Of a stretch of DNA of 64,000 bases, positions 39,686 through 52,090 are shown piece after piece. The DNA comes from Adineta vaga (taxonomy: Eukaryota > Animalia > Rotifera): NCBI GenBank assembly GCA_021613535.1, contig CP075495.1:16120001-16184000 (forward strand), in the 5' to 3' direction. Position 1 is the first letter of the stretch. The number at the start of each line of letters is the position of its first letter. The notes under the pieces are model-generated. The model was given only the letters and a program-made list of their open reading frames with translations. It searched no databases and was not told where the DNA came from. Both the position numbers and the translations under genes were made by a program.

Positions 39686-40671
39686 GGTGTGATTTTTTAG
39701 AGACTTTGTGTTAGTTCGTGTTTGTTTTCTTTTGTTCTTAGTGGTTTTTCCCTCGACTGAAAGGAGGGTGATGTGCGAAAAAAGTGGGCTCAAAAACTGA
39801 AATTCGTTTGTTTGTTTGTTTGTCTGTCGCAGGTCAAAGGTCAAAAAAACATTTTCTCCAAAAATATCGCAAACGTTAGAAATTGATAGCAGAGAGATGA
39901 TTGGGTGGTGGGTGATTAGGTGGGCCGCTGAGAGGTTAAAGATCATTCGTTGATAAAATGATTTATTCGCAGATTGATTTTGGCAGATTAAAGTTGATCC
40001 TTGTATTTTATGATAAGATGTAGCGTTTCTTCTGCAACTGTCATACCAGAGAGGGTACTATTCAGTCTTCGTAGAAACTTTTAACATACATGTTTTATGT
40101 GCTGCATTCCCTTCCATGTGACAATCGGTGTTCGTCTCTGAGTTCGTTACGGGTACACTTCATCTTTCTATGGATTCGAGCGCATATAGAGTTTTAGGTC
40201 CGCAAATAGATCTAATACGAAGGATTTTTTTCTCGAGTGAATCTTGTATGCAATAAAATTATATATAAGGAATACATCAGGAACATAGGATTAGATTTAT
40301 TTTCATGCTCAATTCTTCTCTTGTCATAGATGTGGAACTGTGGAATTAGTCATTAGATAGAAGATCTTATTTCGAATCGAAAGATGTCATTTTCATCTCA
40401 CTGAAACAGTTACAATGCAGAGAAGGTTTCACTTCTTTCAAGTGTATGTGACATGGGCATATACAGGTATTGTCATTTTTTCGACCTCCTACATTCTCTT
40501 GTCTCTATGGTTTGCGAGATCGACATTGTTAGATGAAAAAAGAATTCGATGCTAAATTGAACTCTATGAATCTATATAGAAACATGTTAGAAAAAGTGAC
40601 TACGTATGTTTTGGTTGACTCTTCTTTTTGATAAATATCGTGGTAATATTCAAGAAAGACAAAGATCTCTA

Positions 40672-41347
40672 GGAGCCACTGCACGAGAGGGACAACCGAT
40701 CCTGCTCAATGAGAGATCCCAAAGTTTTCTTATCTCCTTTAGATAGCCCTGAGTGAATAGTATTTGAAAAAAGTTTGAACGAATTCTATCGAACTGATCT
40801 GAAAAAATCCTATAAGAATATGAATTCCCATAATTTTTCCCTTCAAATTTTGAAAATAGGTTTCTCCAGATCAGCTCGAGCGAATTTGCCGAAACTCGTT
40901 GTGCAGAGACCCTTCATCAAAGGCTATCTAAGAGTGACAAAATAATTTTGGGATATGCAATATAACAGTGTCAGATATCAATTTCGTGTAATTGCCCGTG
41001 CCAACTGTTCAAAGTGTTTTCGGGGAATCAGACCAGTATTGAGAGATAAATATCAGATTCTGAGTCGATCATATTCTTACACTCGTCAGTGAATAAAGCG
41101 GTCGATAAATGAGCGATGACTGCAGATATAGTCACAAAGTTTACCTTCTGACTTTTGAGGACCTATTCAGCGAAAAATTTGCTCTCAGAGCGGGAGCATC
41201 TTCATGAAAGGATGTGGGACAAAGCTAAAAATTTTGTTTTATCGCTAAAATATTGTGCTCTATCAGATTATATGTGTCCCACACGAAACTGCAAACCTAA
41301 CTGAGCAGCCTCCTATGGAAATCGGTTGTCCCTCTCGTGCAGCGGCT
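40672..41347. mobile_element. MITE nested in transposon cargo
   Basis: agccactgcacgagagggacaaccgat / atcggttgtccctctcgtgcagcggct inverted ends. Confidence 0.6.
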
Positions 41348-44300
41348 GTTAGGGAGCCGCCGTATAATCTAATCTAAGCATAGATGTCCAAGAAATCGTT
41401 TTCTCTTTCCAACTGTTTTTCCAAGATCATATTGATAGAAAACAGAGACTATAGAGATAATGCCGAAGCTAAGTTCAATTATTCTTCTCAAAATTGGATA
41501 ATAGGGACCAATATGCTAGAGTTACGGTAGAAATGACTGATCGTGAGTGGCCGATCGGAGAGAGGCCGACGAGCGACCAGTTATTTCTATCAAAGGTTAT
41601 TTCAAAATGAAACATTGACATGCCTCTGAAAAAAGCTAGACGAATTTTTAATACAATTGAAATGGTTTTCTTCCGATGGTAAATTCGGAATGAAATCAGG
41701 TTCGTAAAATCGAAGAGAAAATGAACCAATGACTAGAAAATAGAAGCTGCTATTTAGATGCGTAGGGGTTTACGATAGAGGAATTGGTTCTGATGTGTTT
41801 AAACTCGAATTGAACTTATGGTACATTAGAGAATAAACCATGAAACTCAACGGCTAGCCGTGAGTGGCCGACTGGAAGGAGGCCGACGAACGACTAGTCG
41901 TTGATTTGAGAGACCTAACATTAACTAGACAGGTGACAATCTTGGTGCTCAAGAAGCTTTCGAATCAATCGATCTATAAACTAATATAATTCTTGCTGAC
42001 AAATTGAACATAATGGAATTCATTGATTAATGCGCGCGTGATATTAGTTATTGATAGTTGTTTGATTGCGCGTACCTAATACCTCGAAGTAGCACTTCAC
42101 AGTGCTCCCTTCTCGAAAGCTATCATTCTTTGCGATACTAAGTCGGTATGTGGTATCAATTATATGCAATTTCTCCTACTACACCAATCAACGTGAAAAA
42201 CACACGAAAGCATTCGAAAAATCTACTTTCGATTTCTTGCATGAACAACGATATAGAGATGTTGATTGTGCTAAGAAATTTATGCAGATGTTTGCTTGCT
42301 TCTCTAACATTTTGTTGTATAATGATTACTGTACTTTTCTTATCCATCTTAGAATCTCAGTTGTGTAAACCATAAAATTCACTAAGTTAAAGTTTTTAAA
42401 TATTATAGCAGTATCAACAAATCTTCACAAATAAATGATGAAAGAAAAATGATACCATATGATCATAATGATAGTGTAACAATTCATGATGTTTTAGAAT
42501 GTAAGCAAGATGAAAAAATTCATTTTCAAAACTAAACGCTTTTCAGCAGAAATAATCAGTAAATTCATTTTTGTCAATTCTTCAGTCGAGGGTCAAGCGA
42601 GGCACTCTTGACGAGCGTTATCTTGTGGTTATGATTCGTTTATATTGGTGATGATACAACTGTACGGAACGAAATAATTTATCATGGGTCATAGCAGCAA
42701 CTATGAAGTCAACGACAGCAGTTATCAGCAAGTTTCCCTCTTGAAATGTTAGCAAAACCGTCTGAAAACCCACCAACACCCTCCTCCCCTCCGTTTTCCA
42801 CCTCCCCGAAGTGTTCGGAAGTATCAGCATCGGTTTTAACCTTCTTACGCCTGTTTTCAATACATTCAGAGCAAGATTCGCAAAGATACTGGAAAAGGAC
42901 TTGGCTGTTTAAGAGGTGTGCTCAGTAAAAATCGATTTTTTCAGCGAAGAAAATAAATTTCAAAAATGTGGACGTATACTTTTGAAGAGGAGCATCCGGC
43001 GAATCGAACCACGTCAAAATATTGCTTTTAGATGCTTAGGAATAGGTGGTGTTAGGTTTGCCAGATCGGTTCGGGTTTTTTAGTCGTGCCTGTTTCGGGT
43101 CCTTTGAAAAACCCATTTCTTGCTCTGGCACTTTCAAACTTAGTTTCGAGATGCAAAATTCAAAAGGAAACAGACTAGCGCCATTTGTTTGAAAACTTGA
43201 TTTTTTCACTTTTTAGAGTAGTCCGAAGTTTTTGGACTTTTTCGATCGAAAAAAAGTTTTCAAAAAACGAAAAAGACACATATTCGTGATCAGCGTCAAA
43301 TTCTCTATGGGATAGGCTAAAAACGGCAATTTTTTTTCTTCACTTTAACCGTGCTTTATGTGCATCTTATGATAGGAAGAAATAAAGGAATGCGTAGCTC
43401 CATCAGCGCTAAAGCCTCTTCTATCAAAAATCATCTCAGTGCGGGTCAGCAGGGAGACCTTGATGACTTTCAGCCAAGTCTTCTTTGTATTATTTCACTT
43501 TATCAAAGTCATTCTCGGTGTGTTAATTGGTGAAAAATGTAGAAATTCATTCAAAAAATAATTTCTTTTAATTTGAAGGCCTCCGATGAACATATTTCAG
43601 GTATCAGTAATATGCTATCGAGAACAGATTTAGAATCTGGTAGTTTTTCAAAGGTACGGAAAAAATAAGCGCGAAACTAGAATCAATCGATGTGTATCCG
43701 TCCATCGGTTCGTTTACATGATAACTCCCGAAAGGCTAATCCGATTATGATGAAATTTGCTAGAGTATTGTCACATCAATATCTCGCTCGAGTTCGAAGA
43801 TGAGCCTGATTGACCGAGCCATTGGTGAGTTATTGAAAAAATAATGATATTTCCATATATCTTCTATCCCATACACTTTTTGCAGTACACATAACTTTCG
43901 GATAAAATCCGAAATTTCCGCATTTATTTATTCTGCGTTTAAACGCGTGTTAGGAAACTCTTGCCTGGTTGGATGACCTGGCATCCTCAAGAATCCGTTT
44001 TAGAGATTCTGTAGACCTATTTCCACTTAAATAAAAGCTTTACTGAATTATACCTAACGAAGAAACTACTCGAAATGATTAACCACTTTAAACTCATGCT
44101 TTAAGTATAAGTAGAGTATCGGAACACTTGAATAACCTTGAGAAAATGTGGACCCATGAATCTGTGGGATCGAGTTATTACCGTTTGATTGAGTTTTTGT
44201 CTCGCGGTACTGTTTTGCCTTGATAATCAAAGGAATTGATTTCAGCCTGAAATTTTGCTTGGGAAGAGCGCTAAGAGTCACTAGACGATTCTGATAGTTC

Positions 44301-44867
44301 TTCTCTAGAGATATTCGTATGCTAAAATTCTGTATTTTCAAAAGGATGTATTTGTTTTGTCGAAAACTTTCAGAATTTTATTGTGGTCCTTCGATATCTT
44401 TGTGGACAAAATTTCAGGCTAAAATTCACTCATCTGATCTTCCAGGTAAAACAGTACTGTATGGCAAAAAATTTGATAAAACCGTCAAAACTGCGTCACA
44501 TAAGCAATATAATTTATGTGTATATGTCATGCTGAAGCTACACATGCCGCCGAAGTTGTAACTTGGCCACGACATATATAAGAAACTTTTATGGTAGTAT
44601 AACAGAAAACATACACTTGATATAGAAAGCTTCAATTTATCGTGATTGGGCATTATGATTAATCGACGATTTTTTTGAAAATCGCAAAAATCGTGTCAAT
44701 TTTCACTACATGGGTAGGTTGTTTGCTATTCGTATCTTGATTAGGTTTAGATATGGTACCGTAGCGATCTCCTCAGTCTCATTTGAAATTCTTTGGTCCT
44801 TTAACTCTTTCGGGACGGGTGGTACATTATATACAACACAGCCCTTTTTTTACGGAAACCTATTATT

Positions 44868-45657
44868 TAGGGATGCAACGGTAGAGGTTAACCACCGCTT
44901 GGTCGTATGCGGTTAACCAGTCGAAAACAAAAACCGGTCTAAGTGAAATACCGATTAAACGAAAACCGTTCCAAGAGAAAAATCGATTAAACTTTAACTG
45001 GTGCTAATCGTTACACGGTTAAACGATAACCGGTATCATTCGGTAACCGTCATGTAATCAATTGTTTATACATGCGTAAAAGTGATACGATATGAAAACA
45101 TGAATATCGAGACCTATATGGTGATATTCTATATCCTTATCAACATTAAGGCAAAGGTATTATTCGTATCAGTGAAGAATTATTGAATTCTATACGAGTA
45201 ATCATTTTGAGGAGTACTATGATGAACAGTTACATTACACTCCGTTTGCGTATTAAAGTAATTAGTGCAAATAATCTATGAATGACTTTAGTGTTCCAAG
45301 ACACAGTAAAAGTAGCATGTTGGTCATAATAGTCTTCTCTTTTCTAGTTCTGGTCGAGCCATGCACACATCTAGTACAATAATAAATGTAGAGATTTGAA
45401 ATGTTACGAAAAGACAATAAATCAACAGTTCGTAAAGCTATTGTCAGGAAGTAGATAGGTATTTATTTTTAGTTTCACCTATAACTGTAAAGATCAATAA
45501 ATTAACAAAGCAAAAACAACCAGTGACCAATCCAAATCGGTTTTCGTTAAATCGGTTTTTCTATTCGAACGGTTTTCGTTCAATCGCATTTTCTCTTAAA
45601 CGGTTTTCATTTAATCGGTATTTCACTTAGGCCGGTTATTGTCACCGTTGCACCCTA
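44868..45657. mobile_element. Non-autonomous hAT-like element
   Basis: TAGGGATGCAACGGT...ACCGTTGCACCCTA ends, an 8-bp TSD ctattatt/gtattatt (7/8 match) and subterminal AAACCG repeats. Confidence 0.75.
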
Positions 45658-46924
45658 GTATTATTTGTCGAGGATAGAGGGTAACACTCAACAACATTCG
45701 GAAAGAGGTAGTCACTCCGTGAACAACTCGCTCCGATTAATGCGTCGTCATTTTCTAGAATTGATCCATGCAGGAAAACGACAAAGGGTGTGTGAGTGTG
45801 GGTGAATAAAAGAGACCCACACCCTCAAGGAAGAGAACATCATGTGAAGATCTATTTTGACCTTTTCGTGAGCTTTAGAATTTCTTCGTTTTTTCGCCTA
45901 CTAAATATGACAAAATCACGAGAGAAAATTAGTTTACCTTAACGGTGGTCCCATGGGTAGCCAACTAAAAAAAACACAATGTTTTCGAAATATCTTTGCA
46001 CTGCTAGGATCTGTAGAGCTTTTTGTGCTAATCATTTGAGTAAAACATTTTCTTCCTCATCCATTTTTTTCCATAGTATGGTTAAAACATCGTCAAGAAC
46101 TATGAAGATTCTTCAAAAATCTCGATTCATGATTTGCTAGTATTTTGGCTCTAGAATTATCTATAAATGAGTAATTCTAAACTTTTTTAATGAAATTGAT
46201 CCGTACGAAGAGCTCTACAACACAGACTGTCGAAGAAATTTTGAACGCTCCCTTCCATTGTTCAATCGTGAATACTCAATAAAATAGTCTATGCTTAGTG
46301 CTCGAAATGGGTACATTTTGAAAAGTTGAGACATATCAGGCATAGCTAGGAGTCAAGGGTTTGTACTAGTACTTTCGGCATTTTCTCAAGCAAAAGTATT
46401 ATATTTTTCCTGTAGTATACTTTGAATTAAGTGAAAAACACCGTATTTTACGTTTTTTTTTCAAAATATATTTTATCGAAAAGATAGTATCCTTCTTCGT
46501 TTTCAAAGCACTCCTCAGATGTATCTAGTGGTGGCGTCAGTGAATGGGACGACCGAGCCTACTTCCCCAGCTCTTAGAACAATCTCGTACACAAACGATG
46601 ATTTTGTTAAGGTGCCGGCAATAGAAAATTCGAGTGAAACTTATTTTTGCTCTATTTTGTCTGGAGGAAAATCGATGAGGTGACACTAATGTAGCACATG
46701 TCTTTTTCATTTAAATCGAATGAAAATTTGTTTACAACGATAAAACTCAATATCAAATCGGATGTACATGCTCTGAAGGTGAATGCTCAGTGATGGATCT
46801 TCTTTGGATTTCTTTAAACCCTTTTTCAAATTTAATATATAGGCATATAAACCCCTCCCCAGATTAAAAGACCCCGGGTCTTCTACTATGTCCGCGCATA
46901 AAAATTTTTGAAACGGGTCTTATA

Positions 46925-48385
46925 CAGGGTATAGCAAAATTATAGACCCCCATATACGAAAAATATATTTCTCGATTTTCTGGAGTTGATCAACCGTTAA
47001 TTTCTGGCATTTTCCTATGATACAAGTAACATTCTATCTATTTCTCTCACTCTGAGCTATTACTGGTCAAAGTTATGGCGCAAATTCTCGTTATTATGAG
47101 AGCTTAACTGGTGTCTTATCATTCGCTACGTGATCTTGGTCAGGAAACACTTTTTTCGTAATTTATATCTACACAAAACTAGTCTGATAGCCATAATTAC
47201 GCGAGATAGCATCGCCCTAATTGAAATTATCTCGATCAAAGTGTAATTTGAAAGAGTTTGACGATACAGATAATATAGTACCTAGCTTTTACGTGAGGTA
47301 TTGTTTGAAAGGTCGCAGAATATTATGACTAGTTGAAGCGATGGATCCAATCTAATGGTACAGTTAGAGAGAGCGCATCAAGTTGTACTAGAATATGTAC
47401 TAAAATAACACAGGAAAAACATTCTTCAGAAGAAAGGTCCGTAACTCGGAAGATTGGCTAATTTCAACAAATATATGCGTATGCAGACAAAAGAAAATTT
47501 GTTCGTATAGTTTTGATACACTGATTCCGGCGAACTCTATGCACTTTTTCAGATACGTCTCTGATTATGGATATCAGTTAAGTAGGAAAACTCTAGTTTC
47601 CTTCTTCAAGAGTTACTATAACATAATCAGACGACAGCAGTCAATTTTTGCATAAGCTTAGTAATTAGCCAATCTTCAATGTCATGGATAGTTATTCTGA
47701 GGAATGTTTTCCTGTATTATATTTGTTGATATTCTTGTACAACTTGATAGGCTCTCTCTAACTATACCAAGAGATTGAATTAATTGCTTCAATTAGTCAT
47801 AATATTCTGTGACTTTCTAACGAACAGTCCACATAACAGAGAGATATCATGGTGGCCATCTTCTTAAACTCTATCAAGTTGCTCTTTGATCGACATAATT
47901 TCAATTAGCGCAATGCTATCTCAAGTAAACACGTCTATCGGGCTAGTTCTGAATAGATAAAAATGACGAAAAATGTATCCTCCAATCGAGATCACGTAGC
48001 GAATGATAAGACACCAGTTAAGCTCTCATAATAACGAGAATTTGCGCCATAACTTTGACCAGTAATAGCTCAGAGTGAGAGAAATAGATAGAATGTTACT
48101 TGTATCATAGGAAAATGCCAGAAATTAACGGTTGATCAACTCCAGAAAATCGAGAAATATATTTTTCGTATAGGGGGGTCTATAATTATGGTACAGCAAG
48201 TTTTCACAAATTTTTATTTTTTTCTTCTACTATCAGCGAACGGAAATAGAATGTTAGGTTGGTAGATAGTACATGTGTACCCACGCATTCCTATGCTATT
48301 GGTTGATCACCATCTCTTACTGCTGAAATAAAATAACGATTTTCGTATTCATGTATATGGGGGTCTATAATTTTGCTATACCCTG
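46925..48385. mobile_element. Tc1-like foldback element (CAGGGT ends, TA TSD)
   Basis: TA|CAGGGTATAGCAAAATTATAGACCCCC ... GGGGGTCTATAATTTTGCTATACCCTG|TA. Near-perfect inner arms at 46945-47135 / 47990-48185, with more diverged arms inside. Confidence 0.85.
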
Positions 48386-48412
48386 TAGAGGGTAGGGAGG
48401 GGTGACCTGGAT

Positions 48413-49231
48413 GAAGTTTCACCCACGTGGTTCCGAGGGTTATAATGCCACACCCTCTTTTTTATAGTGCTTACCTAGGTCTACAAAAAGGTCACAATGT
48501 GGCTAGCATCATCAGGGTGAGTGTGAGGAATCAGTAAAAAAAACATCACACGCTTATATTTGTCCTCGCTTTGCACTTTGTTCCTATGATGTACTCTATT
48601 CTTATAATCCTTTGTTCTTTCTCCTTCGAAAGGGTATATAAGTGACTGTTTTCTTTGAGAACGATACGATATATAATAGGAAGAAATAAAGGAAAGCGTA
48701 GCTCCATCAGCGCTAAAGCCTCTTCTATCAAAAATCATCTCAGTGCGGGTCAGCAGGGAGACCTTGATGACTTTCAGCCAAGTCTTCTTTGTATTATTTC
48801 ACTTTATCAAAGTCATTCTCGGTGTGTTAATTGGTGAAAAATGTAGAAATTCATTCAAAAAGTCATTTCTTTGAATTTGAAGGCCTCAGATGAACATATT
48901 TCAGGTATCAGTAATATGCTATCGAGAACAGATTTAGAATCTGGTAGTTTTTCAAAGGTACGGAAAAAATAAGCGCGAAACTAGAATCAATCGATGTGTA
49001 TCCGTCCATCGGTTCGTTTACATGATAACTCCCGAAAGGCTAATCCGATTATGATGAAATTTGCTAGAGTATTGTCACATCAATATCTCGCTCGAGTTCG
49101 AAGATGAGCCTGATTGACCGAGCCATTGGTGAGTTATTGAAAAAATAATGATATTTTCATATATCTTCTATCCCATACACCTTTTGCAGTACACATAACT
49201 TTCGGATAAAATCCGAAATTCCGCATTTATT
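48413..49231. repeat. Dispersed repeat (Helentron/HINE-like); uninterrupted copy of 36530-36793 + 43368-43928
   Basis: Near-identical sequence to both flanks of the second transposon. It contains a tgtatccgtccatc...atccgatt..tgaaattt motif. Confidence 0.8.
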
Positions 49232-49575
49232 ATACATTTGAAAAGCTATGCGTTAAAACGCTGAAAAAGTCAGATCTGTAGCGTTTTAACGTTCCGAAAG
49301 TGTCAAATACACGTTAAAAACGACGTTTTTGATGTTTTATTAGTAGCCGTGTTTAGCTCACAGTCTAGGTTCCCGATTGAACGTTCACACGCGTTTTTTC
49401 AAATTTCTGTCTGCTAGGGTAGTAGAGCAACTTTGGTATTCTTATAGCCCGATGGAAAAAACTCTGAACGGATTAGACAAAACGTGAAAATACGAGCTTT
49501 AGATTAAATTAGGAAAACAATTTTTGAAAAAACGCAGGAGTTTTGTTGACAGCCGTATAAATCTCTAAAAAGACA

Positions 49576-50943
49576 ATGACGTCCATTAATATTTTAGGTG
49601 CATCATTTTTAGTCACCTTGACGGCATTTGTGATGAGTCTTGATGGTGGCAAAACATACGCTCAAGAAGTTGCCGAAGAGGGAAAAAAGACTTTTAACAA
49701 TATATTCTCATATACAGGTGGCGATTGTGTCAATCTTCATCACGGTGACGGCGCGCTTCCACCACATCCGGTCGTACGAGATGCACTGAGAGAGTTGGCC
49801 GACAAAATAGACGTATGGAACGAATCGGGAAGAGGGGAGAACAGCATTAAATTGAATCGCTACCGTCCACCCCTTATCACGATTACGTCTGACCTTCATA
49901 ACGTCATTCTGGAGGACTTTGCTAAATCGATGCCATCTAATTTCGACCGAACTAGGGTCGGTGTGCAGATCGGCGTTGGCACAACACATCTGGCCTCTGC
50001 TGTATTTAACTATTTTCGACATTCAAAAGACACTTTACTTATGTTTGCACCCACCTATACGTTGTTCCTCCAGTGTGTCTCGAACGTTGGCGATAATGTC
50101 CATCTTGTCAGACCAAAGAGTGATGGTCAAATTACGGCTGAGCATATTCAAAAAGCGCTTGATGAACATCCAGAGACAAGAGCTATTTTTCTTATCAATC
50201 CAAACAATCCAACGGGTCAATATTTTACAAAAGATGAACTTGAGAAAATCGGACGTTTAGCAGTTGAACGTCAACTTATTGTCATAGTTGACGAGATTAT
50301 GTACAGACTCATCCTCGATCACAACAGTACATTTGTAAGTATGGCATCAATCGACATTGATGGCACAAGCATGATTGATCGGACAATTACTTTTCGAGGT
50401 CTTTCTAAAGATCATGGATTGGCAAGTCTTCGATCAGGCTATGCGATTGGCACAAAAGAACTTATTGAGAAACTAAATTTTACCTCATTTTTATTTTTAA
50501 CCACTTGCAACGTGGATATTCTTGCTCAACATGTGACTATAGCGGCATTATCTCGCACGCCGGATGAATACTATCAGGCTCAGCGAGATCTTCTTCGCCG
50601 TCACATAGATATTGTTACCACCTCAGTCGACGATATCAATCGTAGAGCTGGACATGAGGCGTTGAAAACTGAACGGCCTCCTGCTGGAATGTTTCAAATT
50701 ATTGATGCAATTAGTTTGCGAGGTCAGTTTTATAATGGGAAAATTTTGGACAATGATGCTACACTCTGTAAATTATTATTGGAAGAAGAAATGGGTGGTG
50801 TTAGCTTTCTTCCAGCCTCTATTGGAGGATATGATGCTAAAGATATGAAATTTCGACTTACACTATCTTCGATTGAGAACGACATAATCTTGGGCATGAA
50901 AAGACTCGATGATTTCATACAGAAAGTATCACATGCTCATTAA
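49576..50943 (+). CDS. PLP-dependent aminotransferase class I/II-fold enzyme, 455 aa, intronless
   Basis: Motifs APTY, LINPNNPTG, IVDEI, GLSKDHGLASLRSGY (PLP Lys), PPAGMF and FRLTLS. Confidence 0.92.
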   Translation: MTSINILGASFLVTLTAFVMSLDGGKTYAQEVAEEGKKTFNNIFSYTGGDCVNLHHGDGALPPHPVVRDALRELADKIDVWNESGRGENSIKLNRYRPPLITITSDLHNVILEDFAKSMPSNFDRTRVGVQIGVGTTHLASAVFNYFRHSKDTLLMFAPTYTLFLQCVSNVGDNVHLVRPKSDGQITAEHIQKALDEHPETRAIFLINPNNPTGQYFTKDELEKIGRLAVERQLIVIVDEIMYRLILDHNSTFVSMASIDIDGTSMIDRTITFRGLSKDHGLASLRSGYAIGTKELIEKLNFTSFLFLTTCNVDILAQHVTIAALSRTPDEYYQAQRDLLRRHIDIVTTSVDDINRRAGHEALKTERPPAGMFQIIDAISLRGQFYNGKILDNDATLCKLLLEEEMGGVSFLPASIGGYDAKDMKFRLTLSSIENDIILGMKRLDDFIQKVSHAH

Positions 50944-52090
50944 TTAGTGTTTTTCTTCGAAACTTCTTCTTTCAAAACATGCATGAAGAAAATATGGTAT
51001 CTGTCACCTAGCATAAATTCAGACTACGCCCACCCAGAGAGTGGGTGAAGGTGTAGGTCTTAAGGGTGTGTGTGTGTGTGACGTGAGGGTGTGTGTTTTG
51101 GAATCATACACTCACTAACATTCTTAGCCACATTCACATCCACAAGATGGCTTGGCAGATTACTTCCAAGAGCTGCTTTGATCGAGAATACGTACAGAAA
51201 CATGCTATTTTGGAAGGTAGGAAATTGCAGCATTTTTTCACTTGTATATTGTGTACATCCATGTGAAGGTGTACGTATATGAGTAAAAAGAGTGTTAATG
51301 AGAAGCCTAAGTGTTGCTCTTTAAAATAATAGCGCCTCGACATTAAACGGTTGAACTTTGACAGAGATATGAGCAATTTCAGATACGGTGCGAAATGAAT
51401 CATGATTTAATAGATCAAACAGGCCATTTCGATGTCATGGTCATAGCTCCTCATAGAAAGCTTCAAAAGCGAGGCTATTACAGCTTTGAGATATTGGCAC
51501 TGTAAGCTTCAAAACCATAAAGAAGCCATCCTGATTTGAATATCCCCAGAGGATGGCTTTTCTATATCTTGGGTGTTTTTACTGCAGACCTGCTCTTAGG
51601 CCAATATGCGTCGTGGCGGTCTGTTGTTCAAATTCAGACTATGCAAACTTCTTTTTCAAAGTACCAACAATGCCTCCAGATTGGTTCACCGCAAGGCAAT
51701 CTCCCAATCAATCTGTGGGTCAGTCAAATAGCAGTCTGTCTGAGCTACTCGCGTTTAGAGAACGTTGTTATCTACAGAGGTATCTTTAAGTGATATGACA
51801 TCTTGTATAAAGCTACAGCATTTCTTTATAATGTCGTTCTAATTACAAAGTATGTGACTCATCAAGTCATTGTTCAATCTAGGAGCGAAGCGGAATTAGA
51901 AATGGTTATCAAATTTATAAAATACTTGATGTTAACAAATAAAAGTTTAAATCATTAACAAGTGGTCACAGTATTTCGGAAAATACATTGCTAGTGCTCG
52001 ATAGAAGCTCGTGTGGAGCGAAGAGTTGAACGAAAACGCTGGAGTGAGTAGTGTCAAGTAGTTGTTGTTAGTTCCATCGTCTCTTTTATT

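Larger units (their letters stand above)
36794..43367 (+). mobile_element. Second IS630/Tc1/mariner-like transposon, about 620-bp TIRs, TA TSD, defective, with about 3 kb of internal cargo
   Basis: TA|AGATGCACATAAAGC ... GCTTTATGTGCATCT|TA. The empty target site is visible in a paralogous repeat at about 48672. Confidence 0.9.

Noticed and set aside
32927-50943. Bacterial contamination as the source of the two enzyme genes
   Set aside because: Both are embedded among eukaryotic TEs and intron-containing genes, with splice-acceptor-like 5' leaders and, in one case, a poly-Q tract. There is no operon structure.
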